A stretch of DNA of 32,388 nucleotides from a virus (lineage: Duplodnaviria > Caudoviricetes), in the IMG/VR virus record IMGVR_UViG_3300030606_000034, positions 1 to 32,388 of that record, one strand, 5' to 3'. The notes under the pieces are model-generated. The model was not told the origin of the DNA. It saw nothing but the letters and a program-made list of their open reading frames with translations, and made no database searches. Made by a program: the position numbers and the translations under genes. Of this stretch, positions 1 to 8,599 are shown piece by piece (the first letter of the stretch is position 1; every line of letters begins with the position of its first letter).

Positions 1-1
1 G

Positions 2-1747
2 TTAAACCACCCGCCCCGCATTCCCGATGATGTCGGCGAGCAGGTTCGAGTTCCTGCCCGTATCCGCTTCGCTCAGCACCTTGGCCGTGTCCGCGCCGGC
101 CGCAGCCGTGGCCATGACCTTTTCGTTCTGCATGTCGGCCTGGCGCTTCTCGCGGATCGCCGCGACTTCCTCGTCGCTGCGCACGATCGACGCCGGGACG
201 CCAGTGATGTCGCCGTACTCGTCGATGGTCTGGTCCATGTCCCACTTGTCCAGCACTTCCGGATTGCCCGCCGCGAGATTGCCGAGGAAGCCCGCGAACC
301 GCTCGATGCCCGTCGCGCCGATCGCACGCTGCGCCACGGCAAGCAGCGACGTGTATTCGATCTTGAGGCCCAGGCCATCCATTTCCGGAGGAGGAGGAGG
401 CAGCACGCGGTTTCGAGCCAGGACGCCGAACGCGCGCTTGATGTCGAGGTTCAAGCCCTCGTAATGCGTGCGCTCCAGCACCGGGCCGAGCGCGATCAGC
501 TTCTCCTCATGGACTTCGTTGATCTCGCGCGCCGTCACCTGGCGTCGATCGCTGTTGATCGTGGCAAGGAACAGGTCGACGAAATACGCCACGTCGACGC
601 GGTGTTCGAGGATTTGCGTTTCGGCCGCCAGAGCGTTCAGCCCGTTGCCGTCGACCTTGTACAGCGGCGAGATCGGACCGTTGACGCCGGCCGCCGCAGT
701 CGTCGGATAGAACGACACGTCGCCCGGCTTGTGGCTGATAACCTTCTTGTCCATGCCGGCCGGGGCCTGCATCGGTGGCACGGCCATCTTGTCGATGATC
801 TGCCCCTTGCGCTTCTCAAGCTCCTGCAGTGACTTGACGACGGGAAGCGCGATCGCGCCAGGTCCGTCGCCGTAGATGTCGCCGGGCTGCACGTCCCAGC
901 GCGGCGCGGAGATCGCATTCTCCCAATTGCCCGACACGGCAAGCACGTTGTTGTCGTCGTCGTTCGAGCAGTCGACCGCATAGTAAACGACCATGTACGG
1001 CATACCCAGCGGGCCGCGCCAGTCCTTGATCATCTTGATGTTGGGCTGCACGACGGACACGATGGTCCACTTGTCCTCGTAGCCGCCGCGATCCCATGCC
1101 GCTCTGATCTCACGCGGAATGCGTCCGTACTTGAAGAACCGTTCAACCACGTCCTTTGTCGTCCATGACATATCGCGAAACATCGTGTCGACGCCGCCGC
1201 GATCGTTGACGCCGAGGATGTACTCGCCGGCCGGCGAGCAGTAGCAATTGATGGCGTTCTCATAATCCTCGTCGATGAGGACCGGACCCTGCCCGAAGTC
1301 GGCCATGTCGCGATAGGACGACTGTTTCGAGTGGTAGTAATTCGAGTTGGCGAAGACCTGATAAAGCCGCTTCTCGACGATATCGAGCCAGCGCTTGACC
1401 GTGGCGAACTCGTTCAGGTCTTTGTCCGGCGTGCCGAGCTTCAGCCACGGACGCGACGGCGAGGACACACCGGCCAGCATCCCGGCCCCGCAGGTGCGGC
1501 TGGCAAAGATGCCTTTCTCGTTCAAGACTTTCTTGGAGTTGCGACGCTTGCGATTGTCAGTGATCAGATAGCGGCCGCGCCGCGTCTGCACGTAGTCGCT
1601 GATATTCTTCCACTCCTCAAGGAACTCGTCGCGCTCGATCAGCAGCGCTTGCTTGCGCTCCTCCAGCCCGGCCGACGCGCCACGGATGGCGAGGTGGCGC
1701 GGCGCAGGCCAGTCGATCTTGCGATCAGTTCCGACAAGAGCGTCCAT
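2..1747 (-). CDS. Portal protein (head-to-tail connector, Bbp21/T7 gp8-like)
   Basis: 581-aa ORF downstream of TerL, with family-typical motifs SPSRPW, PRW...YGxGPG..AL, TAREI.E..EEKL..LGP and EY.S.LA.AQ. Confidence 0.93.
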   Translation of the reverse strand: MDALVGTDRKIDWPAPRHLAIRGASAGLEERKQALLIERDEFLEEWKNISDYVQTRRGRYLITDNRKRRNSKKVLNEKGIFASRTCGAGMLAGVSSPSRPWLKLGTPDKDLNEFATVKRWLDIVEKRLYQVFANSNYYHSKQSSYRDMADFGQGPVLIDEDYENAINCYCSPAGEYILGVNDRGGVDTMFRDMSWTTKDVVERFFKYGRIPREIRAAWDRGGYEDKWTIVSVVQPNIKMIKDWRGPLGMPYMVVYYAVDCSNDDDNNVLAVSGNWENAISAPRWDVQPGDIYGDGPGAIALPVVKSLQELEKRKGQIIDKMAVPPMQAPAGMDKKVISHKPGDVSFYPTTAAAGVNGPISPLYKVDGNGLNALAAETQILEHRVDVAYFVDLFLATINSDRRQVTAREINEVHEEKLIALGPVLERTHYEGLNLDIKRAFGVLARNRVLPPPPPEMDGLGLKIEYTSLLAVAQRAIGATGIERFAGFLGNLAAGNPEVLDKWDMDQTIDEYGDITGVPASIVRSDEEVAAIREKRQADMQNEKVMATAAAGADTAKVLSEADTGRNSNLLADIIGNAGRVV

Positions 1748-1750
1748 GTA

Positions 1751-1948
1751 TCACTGACCAAGCAGAGTTTTGGCACCGCCACCGACCGCAGTCGGCACGT
1801 TGAACAGCGACGACAGGATCGTCGACTGCGAACCAGCGGCAGCGCGCGCGCGCTTCTTGGCGTCGTCGCCGGCCTGTTGAACCTGCGGATCGGCGATCGT
1901 CGCGGGTTGCTGGATCGGCTCAGGGTCTTTTGATTGGACGAAGCACAT
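1751..1948 (-). CDS. Small virion-associated protein preceding the portal
   Basis: MCFVQSKDP...STILS...KTLLGQ (65 aa) with GGGGAG SD upstream of the ATG at 1948. The MC start, STIL motif and KTLLG end are typical of the small gene before the portal in this phage type. Confidence 0.7.
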   Translation of the reverse strand: MCFVQSKDPEPIQQPATIADPQVQQAGDDAKKRARAAAGSQSTILSSLFNVPTAVGGGAKTLLGQ

Positions 1949-1993
1949 TGCCTGGCGGCTCCCCTTTGAAGGATGATCGTTCACTGCCTGGCA

Positions 1994-3520
1994 TCAGCGC
2001 TCGTAATCGACGCCTACCACATTCGAATGCCGTTCGCCAGCGAGTTCCGCGCGCGTCCGTTCCGCATCCCTCATGCCGACCGGCGTCGCGAACGTCAGGC
2101 AGAAACCGTCCGCGCGGTCCGGACTTTCCTTCACGTCCTTGTCGTCCTTCAATTCCTCTTTCGACTGGACCTTGATCGCCGTGCCTTTCTTGGCCTCGAC
2201 GATCTCGTACTCGCGCGTTGTCAATTGGCGCTTAAGGATGCTGTCTATCGGCAGCGTGACGCCTTGCTGCTTCAGCCACAGCCGCGCCTGCCCCATCATG
2301 TACGTCGCCATGTTCGCGTATTCGGCATCCAGCGACGTGCCACCGAAGTGGATTTCGTAGACGTTCGGCACACCCCAATTGTTCAGGTTGTCGATCACCG
2401 CGCCGCCGATGCCACCGCCGTCGACGTTGATCGCGTCGGCCAGATGCTTCTCCGCAAGGTTGCGCACTTCCATCGACAGACGCGCCGTGTCCAGCCCACG
2501 GAATACCTTCGGCTCGATCGTGCGGCCATCGCGGCCACGGCGGACGTAGATCGTGCTTTCGTCGTCGCCGAAGCGCGCCACGTCGACGCCGATGATAACC
2601 GGATCGGTCGGCGAGCAGTACGGTTCCCGGTTCGGGTCCATGGCCGCAGTGACCAGCGGTCCCGGTATGAACTGCCGATCGCCAGTGAGCGGGAACTCAC
2701 CAAGCACGCGCACCTTGACGAAATCGCTGTCCATTCCCCAATCCTCGATCCACTGGTTTATCAGACCCTTGTTCGTCATGCGAGCCGAGCGGCTGTCCAC
2801 CCTGTAGACGCGATACCGCTTGGACATGTCGTGATGGCTGTCGAAGAAAAACCCGGCCGGCTTTGTCGGGTTGGAGAACATGAAGAACATCGGCTCGCCG
2901 TCGGTCAGGCCGCCTTGCGCCGTCTCAAGGACGATGCGCGCCACCTCGCTAGCCTCGTCGATCACATAGAAGGTCGTGCTGTCCGCAGCGTGCTTGCCGG
3001 CGAATGCAGCCGGGCGACTGGCGTCCCATGCCATGCCCTCGACGCGCCATAGCTCAGGGTGCAGGCGGTGAACCATCTTCATCGCGCCGCGCCCGCTGGT
3101 CGTTTTGAACCATCGCCGCGTGATCATCATGCTTGACCACTTGACGATCTCAGGCCAGGTGGTCGTTTCCAACTGCGGGATGCTGTTGGCAGTGACGCGA
3201 CCGCGACACATTGGTCGCGTCGACATGATGAACCCGACGATCATCCCGACAAGGGCGGACTTGCCAACGCCGTGACCGCTTGTCGTTGTGGTCATGATCG
3301 GCATTACCGGCGTGAAGCCGTCGAACGGATGCGACCGGATGTCCTCGCCCCACTCGCGCAGAAACCCTACCTGCCAAGTGTCCGGCCCGACGAAATTATC
3401 CAGCGGTCCGCGCCCCCACGGATAGGCGTACCTCACCCATTCCAAGGGGTCATCGGCAAGCTCGCCGCAGTCGCGGGCAAGCTCCTTGTCAAGTTCGTTG
3501 AGGTTGAGGTATTCGCTCAA
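1994..3520 (-). CDS. terL: Terminase large subunit
   Basis: Walker A SGHGVGKS, Walker B VIDEAS, SNP coupling motif and RNase H-like nuclease motifs GVDVARFGDD and SPDRAD. Start placed at TTG 3520, overlapping the upstream TGA; the ORF track extends it to 3577. Confidence 0.95.
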   Translation of the reverse strand: MSEYLNLNELDKELARDCGELADDPLEWVRYAYPWGRGPLDNFVGPDTWQVGFLREWGEDIRSHPFDGFTPVMPIMTTTTSGHGVGKSALVGMIVGFIMSTRPMCRGRVTANSIPQLETTTWPEIVKWSSMMITRRWFKTTSGRGAMKMVHRLHPELWRVEGMAWDASRPAAFAGKHAADSTTFYVIDEASEVARIVLETAQGGLTDGEPMFFMFSNPTKPAGFFFDSHHDMSKRYRVYRVDSRSARMTNKGLINQWIEDWGMDSDFVKVRVLGEFPLTGDRQFIPGPLVTAAMDPNREPYCSPTDPVIIGVDVARFGDDESTIYVRRGRDGRTIEPKVFRGLDTARLSMEVRNLAEKHLADAINVDGGGIGGAVIDNLNNWGVPNVYEIHFGGTSLDAEYANMATYMMGQARLWLKQQGVTLPIDSILKRQLTTREYEIVEAKKGTAIKVQSKEELKDDKDVKESPDRADGFCLTFATPVGMRDAERTRAELAGERHSNVVGVDYER

Positions 3521-3801
3521 ATGCCTGCCGCCCGCTCGATCGCCGCGCGCTTGCAGCGTTCCCACGCCTTGCGGCATAGCCTGTCGAGCTTGATGGCGGC
3601 AAGGCGCTTTGGCGATCCTGGCGGGAAGTGCCAGAAGCCGTTATCCCCGTAGAGGTAGCGATATCGCCGGAACAGCCTCGCCTTGCGCCGGCGCAGCACA
3701 GTCGACACGGCAGGCCAGTGGTTGCCACATATCCATTCGCCCCGGCCCTTGATGGTACGCCGGCAGAACGGGACGCAACACGGCACGCGCTCGTCGGCCA
3801 T
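3517..3801 (-). CDS. Hypothetical protein with Cys/His Zn-binding motif
   Basis: CCVPFC...WICGNHW motif; stop codon overlaps the TerL start. Confidence 0.7.
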   Translation of the reverse strand: MADERVPCCVPFCRRTIKGRGEWICGNHWPAVSTVLRRRKARLFRRYRYLYGDNGFWHFPPGSPKRLAAIKLDRLCRKAWERCKRAAIERAAGI

Positions 3802-3806
3802 AGTGT

Positions 3807-4001
3807 CTAATCCCTGTCATTGAGCGACGGCGGGCGCGGCCGTGGCTTGTGCTCCTTGAGCACGGACCCATTGCCGACGTGAAACGCCTGGCAATCCTTG
3901 CAGCGGTATACCTGCGCGCTGGCCTCGTCGTGCTTATGCCTCAACTCGCGCGCGTCAAAGCTGGCGTGCTGCCATGTCAGATAGCTCTTTTTGCTGCACA
4001 C
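3807..4001 (-). CDS. Small phage Zn-finger protein
   Basis: C.KK.Y...YRCKDCQAFHVG pattern common in phage small proteins; fits the tightly packed operon. Confidence 0.7.
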   Translation of the reverse strand: MCSKKSYLTWQHASFDARELRHKHDEASAQVYRCKDCQAFHVGNGSVLKEHKPRPRPPSLNDRD

Positions 4002-4002
4002 A

Positions 4003-4143
4003 TCACCGCCCCGGCTCTACCGTCTTAGTGGTCGGCTCAGGTGGCGCGGCCGGTCCAGCCTTGCCGTCCTCCAGCGCCGTGGCGATCCGCTCCAGCGCGG
4101 CGGCAATGCGCGCTACGCTGTCCTCGATCGGAGCCGGTTCCAT
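4003..4143 (-). CDS. Hypothetical protein (46 aa)
   Basis: MEPAPIEDSVARIAAALERIATALE; TGATG coupling with the upstream gene at 4143. Confidence 0.6.
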   Translation of the reverse strand: MEPAPIEDSVARIAAALERIATALEDGKAGPAAPPEPTTKTVEPGR

Positions 4144-4469
4144 CAGTGCACCGTATGAGGTTCGAGCGCGTCGGCCGGCGTCGCCATCATTTCGTCGACG
4201 GCATAGCCGATAGCGGCAAGCATGTTGATGTTCGGCCGGATGCGAGCGTGCGCCGCGACCCACGCCGCACCGATCGGCAGGCCGGCCGCGTCGAGGGCGT
4301 CGAGCCTGGCACGCTTGGTGATCGTCATGCCGTTGAGCGTCATGCGGTGAGCCATGTCGGCAAGCATGTCGTTCGCGCACATCTGGCGAACGGCGTTCTC
4401 AATCCTCACCTGCGTCATCGCCTTGAGCAATTGCGCGGTCTTGTCCTGATCGTTCGTCGGTTGATCCAT
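4143..4469 (-). CDS. Hypothetical protein
   Basis: MDQPTNDQDK... with GGAG upstream of the ATG at 4469; overlaps the TerS 3' end by about 70 nt. Confidence 0.6.
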   Translation of the reverse strand: MDQPTNDQDKTAQLLKAMTQVRIENAVRQMCANDMLADMAHRMTLNGMTITKRARLDALDAAGLPIGAAWVAAHARIRPNINMLAAIGYAVDEMMATPADALEPHTVH

Positions 4470-5100
4470 CGTCGTCTCCCACTTCGCGTCGTTTCTGCTT
4501 CTCCTGCCGAGCCTGGCGCAACTCGTCGGCAATATCCGTGATGCTGGTGTTCTCCACCACATCCGTCCAGAGCTTGTGCTTTTTGCCAAGTAGCTCCAGC
4601 GCCGCCAGCTTCGGCGCGAGCTTGAACTTGATAGACTTCACCGCTTGCGCGTTGTCGCCTCGACCCTCGTAATACGTGTCGATCGTCACCTCTTGCAGCG
4701 CCGCCAACTGCTCGCGCGTCAGGCCCGACAGATCGGTGACCGCGCTTCCGTCCTCCTGAATGACGATGAAGTCTGTCATGTTCGAGTAGGCAAGCTTTGC
4801 CACCTCCTCGATGATCGTGTCCTCGTTGACGATGAGGCGCTTGCGGATCAGCGCGCGGCATTCCTCGATGTAGTCGCGCATCCATGGCTTATGCAGAAGC
4901 CGCGCGGCGTTGAACGATCCGTGCTGCGAGTTAGAGTTAAAGGCCAAGCGCCAGGCCCGCGAGCCGTTGCCGGTGCGCAGGTATTCGGCGGCGAACGTCA
5001 CCTCCTGCGCTGTCCAGTCGTGCGACAGCCACAGCGGCGGCTCAGGCTCAGGCGGTGCCTCGCCGAACGTGTACTCTTGGATTGCGTCGTCACTCGCCAC
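4399..5100 (-). CDS. terS: Terminase small subunit
   Basis: F..EYL..GN...A...A....AARLL..P HTH, IIEEVAKLAYS and KLAALELLGK motifs (Terminase_2 type); upstream of TerL. Confidence 0.88.
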   Translation of the reverse strand: MASDDAIQEYTFGEAPPEPEPPLWLSHDWTAQEVTFAAEYLRTGNGSRAWRLAFNSNSQHGSFNAARLLHKPWMRDYIEECRALIRKRLIVNEDTIIEEVAKLAYSNMTDFIVIQEDGSAVTDLSGLTREQLAALQEVTIDTYYEGRGDNAQAVKSIKFKLAPKLAALELLGKKHKLWTDVVENTSITDIADELRQARQEKQKRREVGDDDGSTDERSGQDRAIAQGDDAGED

Positions 5101-5101
5101 G

Positions 5102-5200
5102 CTACAGCCTGCCCGTAAGCTCGCGCCAGAAGATGACGACGAACGCGACGACTGCGATGCTGCATCCTATCCCAACTACGGCGAAGAAGTTCCAGATCAT
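5102..5200 (-). CDS. Small single-TM membrane protein (32 aa)
   Basis: MIWNFFAVVGIGCSIAVVAFVVIFWRELTGRL, read manually; ATGA overlap with the upstream gene. Confidence 0.55.
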   Translation of the reverse strand: MIWNFFAVVGIGCSIAVVAFVVIFWRELTGRL

Positions 5201-5376
5201 TTCTCCAACTCCCTCAACAGCGCGTCGGCCAGGAGGACAGCCGCGCGCGCATCTTCGGCAAAGCCTTCCTCGTGCACCAGGCCACCGCCCCGGCCGGCGA
5301 GGAGGCCGGCGAGGAGTGTCGTCGCCACGGCTTCGCGCTTGGTGAGGCGATCCCCTGTCGACGGTTTCTCGAACAT
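5197..5376 (-). CDS. Conserved small phage protein
   Basis: LTKRE..A...LAGLLA...AV..ADALL.ELEK pattern widespread in phages; TGATG coupling. Confidence 0.7.
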   Translation of the reverse strand: MFEKPSTGDRLTKREAVATTLLAGLLAGRGGGLVHEEGFAEDARAAVLLADALLRELEK

Positions 5377-5669
5377 CACGCCACCATGAGCATGACGCCG
5401 GCCGTCGTGCCGACGCAGATCGTGATAAGCCACAGCATGCGAGCGACCTTGATCAGTTGCGCGGCACTCACGGCAGCGGTTGCCGCGTTAACCGGATCGG
5501 CCACGACATAGGCCGAAGTGGCTAGACACTGCGTGAGGTAAGCGAGGCCAGCGGTTGCGATGATCATGAGCAGGGCAAGGTCGCGACGCCACACAAGCGC
5601 GGCTATGGCGACGAGCGCGATGTAGAGCAGGCCGAAGTAGATCGTTGCGCGGAAGCTCTCGACGGTCAT
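5376..5669 (-). CDS. Membrane protein (about 3 TM)
   Basis: Hydrophobic ORF MTVESFRATIYFGLLYIALVAIAALVW..., with GGAGG SD and ATGA overlap. Confidence 0.7.
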   Translation of the reverse strand: MTVESFRATIYFGLLYIALVAIAALVWRRDLALLMIIATAGLAYLTQCLATSAYVVADPVNAATAAVSAAQLIKVARMLWLITICVGTTAGVMLMVA

Positions 5670-5935
5670 GTGATCCTCCCGCGCGGCAGCACGTAATGCG
5701 CGACGGCCTGCCACCTGTCGGCGATCTCATCAAGATCGTCTACGTACCGCTCAAGCTCGCGCTGCTCGTCTAAAGCCGCCATGGCAGGCGATCGGCCGTA
5801 CAGCGGATACCCGCCCTCCTTCATCAGCCCGTCCAGCGGCGTCGGCGGCTCCTCGTCCTTGCCGCACGCGGCCAGCCCGACCAGCGGAGCCAGGCCGAGC
5901 AGCGAGAGGATCGAACGTCGAGTGATATTTTTCAT
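5666..5935 (-). CDS. Putative Tat-exported lipoprotein
   Basis: MKNITRRSILSLLGLAPLVGLAAC: twin-arginine motif, h-region and lipobox LAA-C; AAGGA SD. Confidence 0.72.
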   Translation of the reverse strand: MKNITRRSILSLLGLAPLVGLAACGKDEEPPTPLDGLMKEGGYPLYGRSPAMAALDEQRELERYVDDLDEIADRWQAVAHYVLPRGRIT

Positions 5936-6357
5936 GGCAGTTCCTTTCACCGTTTGAGATCAGAGCCGGCGCGGCAGTCTGGGAGGACTTAACGCCGCGC
6001 CGGCATTTGCCACATGACGCCGTGGCGCGGCAGACAGAGTGGACGTCAGGCTGCAACCAGAACAGATACCGGCAAAAGGTGCGGGTGGCAAGGGTGCGGC
6101 TTAACTGTACCGACCAGACGGTATACCTTACGCTGTACGATTAACAGGTTTCCAGTTAAGCATTTGATTTCATTGAACAATTCCAGCTGGGCAAATTTGG
6201 ACCATTTAGCGGTGAGGTAATCGTTTTCATTACCGTGACGTGATGTCAACGAAAATGGGCTGTTTTGGCGTCGTTTTTAGAATATCATGTCGTTTCTAAT
6301 CCACAAAACTAAGTACCTTAAACTGTAGAGAATATCTTAAATAGATATATAATAGGG

Positions 6358-6386
6358 TTGAATGTTTATCCATTTAAGAATATATT
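6358..6386 (+). promoter_or_regulatory. Putative sigma70-like promoter for the rightward early operon
   Basis: TTGAAT-17 nt-TATATT in an AT-rich intergenic region upstream of the 6445 ORF. Confidence 0.5.
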
Positions 6387-6444
6387 ATAGAGATATGTTG
6401 CGTGTTTTCTCGTGAAACACACCGTGAAACATAAGGATGTAGCT

Positions 6445-6969
6445 ATGAATGACGAACGCAGCCCTGATGACGTGCAAGTCGGCGACGTGGTGCGAGGCCT
6501 AAGCCAGTCGACGCAGACGTTCGTGAACATCGTCGTTCGAGAACGTAAGTATGTCCAGTTCGATAGTGACCGGCACCCTACATTTGTAGGCGTGCGTGGC
6601 TTTCAGGTCAACGACGACGGCACGATCAAAAGCCGCCACTGGCATTACATCGGCAAAGGCCTGCCTGGCCGCAGCGACGGCAGCGGCGGCGGGATGCCGG
6701 ATACCTATCACGAAGACCCACTAACCCGCGAACGATCGTACGGCGGCTGGGTCTATCGGCCAGACATCGTGGCGGTGAAGTTCGAGCGCAACGACAAATG
6801 GGCTGGACCCATCAAGGAACTAGGCGTTGGCGATACGCTGGACATTGATTGTAGTTTCGGGACGATCGCCATCATCCGCAGCGTGGCGTCACAGCAGGCC
6901 GGTAAGTGGAACCGGCGATACAAGGTCGAGAAGACCCTGAGCGGCTGCGCCGTAACGAGGAAGGCGTGA
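6445..6969 (+). CDS. Hypothetical protein
   Basis: TAAGGA SD before the ATG at 6445; C-terminal ELGVGD...VTR small-domain pattern seen in phage proteins. Confidence 0.7.
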   Translation: MNDERSPDDVQVGDVVRGLSQSTQTFVNIVVRERKYVQFDSDRHPTFVGVRGFQVNDDGTIKSRHWHYIGKGLPGRSDGSGGGMPDTYHEDPLTRERSYGGWVYRPDIVAVKFERNDKWAGPIKELGVGDTLDIDCSFGTIAIIRSVASQQAGKWNRRYKVEKTLSGCAVTRKA

Positions 6970-6972
6970 TCC

Positions 6973-7134
6973 ATGAAGGACCCTATAATTGTCATCCATC
7001 ACCCGGAATTTGATGACGTGGACCTAGTTCTAGGCGGCAGGCCAAAGCCCGCGCCGGAGACAGTCAAGCAGGCCGAGATGGTCGAGAAGGCCAGAATTGC
7101 CAGGATAAAAAAGACTGGCCGTGACGAAAAGTAG
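6973..7134 (+). CDS. Hypothetical protein (53 aa)
   Basis: MKDPIIVIHHPEFDD...GRDEK, read manually; starts 3 nt after the previous stop. Confidence 0.55.
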   Translation: MKDPIIVIHHPEFDDVDLVLGGRPKPAPETVKQAEMVEKARIARIKKTGRDEK

Positions 7135-7187
7135 GATATTTTTGGACCATGGCTTGACGCCGTACTGCCAGAAAAGGAGACACCCGC

Positions 7188-7463
7188 ATGAACGCCACCT
7201 TCACCCCGTCGAACGTCCATTATCTCCCGCCGCTGCACAGCGCCGACGCGCGCCTCGACGACGCTTGGCGCATTGCCCGCGCCGACGTGGCCGAGGATAT
7301 GTTCTGGATCAACCAGTACGAGCGCTATCTGATGCACGGCGCGATGACGCCCAGCTACCGCCGCTACGTCGAGACGGCCGTCGCCGGCCGCTGCCGGTCA
7401 TACCGCGCCGGGCTGCGGCGCGTCGCCGAGATCGAGGAACAGATCGCGCAGAGGAGTGCTTGA
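7188..7463 (+). CDS. Hypothetical protein
   Basis: AAGGAG SD; phage-typical codon usage. Confidence 0.75.
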   Translation: MNATFTPSNVHYLPPLHSADARLDDAWRIARADVAEDMFWINQYERYLMHGAMTPSYRRYVETAVAGRCRSYRAGLRRVAEIEEQIAQRSA

Positions 7464-7465
7464 AC

Positions 7466-7618
7466 ATGAAAATGCGCTGTTACACCTACTTTTGGAATGC
7501 GGATAGGGACTGTGAAACCATACCCGCGAACGCCACGCATATCATGGTGCTCTACGAATGCCCGACATCGAGCATTGCATCGCAGCCGTCCAGATCATGG
7601 CGTATGTTTGCCATCTGA
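7466..7618 (+). CDS. Hypothetical protein (50 aa)
   Basis: GAGGAG SD upstream of MKMRCYTYFW; ends inside the tandem repeat. Confidence 0.45.
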   Translation: MKMRCYTYFWNADRDCETIPANATHIMVLYECPTSSIASQPSRSWRMFAI

Positions 7619-7654
7619 CAGCTTCATGGCGTATGTTTGCCATCTGACAGCTTC
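7595..7654. repeat. Perfect 29-bp tandem duplication
   Basis: TCATGGCGTATGTTTGCCATCTGACAGCT at 7595-7623 and 7624-7652. Confidence 0.95.
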
Positions 7655-7721
7655 GGTTTCCGGCGTCCGCGCCGGTTTCCCAATCTGCCAAGCGCCACGG
7701 CGCACAACACAGGAGAGAAGC

Positions 7722-8144
7722 ATGACCATTTTCAAGCGCGGCGACATCGTGGCCGTTCAGGGCGAGGTACGGTTTAACCCTACGCCTGGCGACGAATATC
7801 TTTACGTCAGGTTCGGACACACCGACGCTGGCGTGAAGCCATCGGACATCACCCTGATCATTCCAAAATTCGAAGTCGGCGACCTTGCCACGTTTGAAGG
7901 CCGCCAGGTCACGATCAAGGCCACGATCGACGATCAGGTCTGGATTGCCTTCGGCGGCTTCGATGCAGACCAGATCGTCAACGCTGGTGATCTTGAGCGG
8001 ATGCTGGTTGCCAGGCCGGAGGTGACCGAGGAGCAGATGCAGGAGATCAGCGACGAGGCCGCCGCCACGATAATACCGGAGGCATTCCCGTCCAGCACGC
8101 CGGTCATTGAAGAACCTGACCCGCGCCAGCATCGACGACGTTGA
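7722..8144 (+). CDS. Hypothetical protein with two KOW/SH3-like motifs and an acidic tail
   Basis: AGGAG SD; FKRGDIV and FEVGDLA motifs; possible +1 frameshift extension to 8184. Confidence 0.75.
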   Translation: MTIFKRGDIVAVQGEVRFNPTPGDEYLYVRFGHTDAGVKPSDITLIIPKFEVGDLATFEGRQVTIKATIDDQVWIAFGGFDADQIVNAGDLERMLVARPEVTEEQMQEISDEAAATIIPEAFPSSTPVIEEPDPRQHRRR

Positions 8145-8214
8145 GGAAGCGCCGGCCGACATCGACGACGATCCGAAGTTCTAGCCCACAACCCCACTGC
8201 CAGGAGCCACCCGC

Positions 8215-8319
8215 ATGACCCTGTTCATTTGCAGCATCATCCTTATCGTGATCGCCGTGCTTGGCGTCATCGACGCCGCGTTGCCCGATGATGATTTCTG
8301 GAGCCAGTTCGATGAGTAG
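8215..8319 (+). CDS. Small single-TM protein (34 aa)
   Basis: MTLFICSIILIVIAVLGVIDAALPDDDFWSQFDE, read manually; AGGAG SD. Confidence 0.6.
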   Translation: MTLFICSIILIVIAVLGVIDAALPDDDFWSQFDE

Positions 8320-8599
8320 CACCTGGCTGGACCGCGCGCGTCTGTTCATAGCCGAGGAAATGAAGGACGCGCCGGCCGACATGCCCTTGCAGGACCGCAA
8401 GAAGGCGCTTCGCGCGGTCGCATGGAGGTTTCACGGCTATACATCGTGGGGTAGGAAAGTCTGGAGCCGGGCGACGCGCGAGTACCTTGCGCCGTTCGCC
8501 TACAAGTCAGACAGGGAAGTGCCAAAGAAACACCTGTCGCCAATGGAGCGCATGATGCGGGCCACGGCTGAACATGAAGCAAAGTTGAGGATGAAATGA
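8312..8599 (+). CDS. Hypothetical protein
   Basis: MSSTWLDRARLFI...; overlaps both neighbours, ATGA coupling at 8596. Confidence 0.7.
   Translation: MSSTWLDRARLFIAEEMKDAPADMPLQDRKKALRAVAWRFHGYTSWGRKVWSRATREYLAPFAYKSDREVPKKHLSPMERMMRATAEHEAKLRMK

Noticed and set aside
1973-3052. 359-aa plus-strand ORF, and similar long ORFs at 9958-10965, 20450-21382, 28700-29503, 30458-31591 and 31269-32210
   Set aside because: Antisense shadows of well-supported genes, expected from high-GC codon bias; no motifs or SD.
6100-6345. CtrA boxes (TTAA-N7-TTAA)
   Set aside because: TTAA half-sites are present, but none at the 7-nt spacing.
7595-7654. Possible mini-CRISPR array
   Set aside because: The two repeats abut with no spacer, and there are no cas genes.
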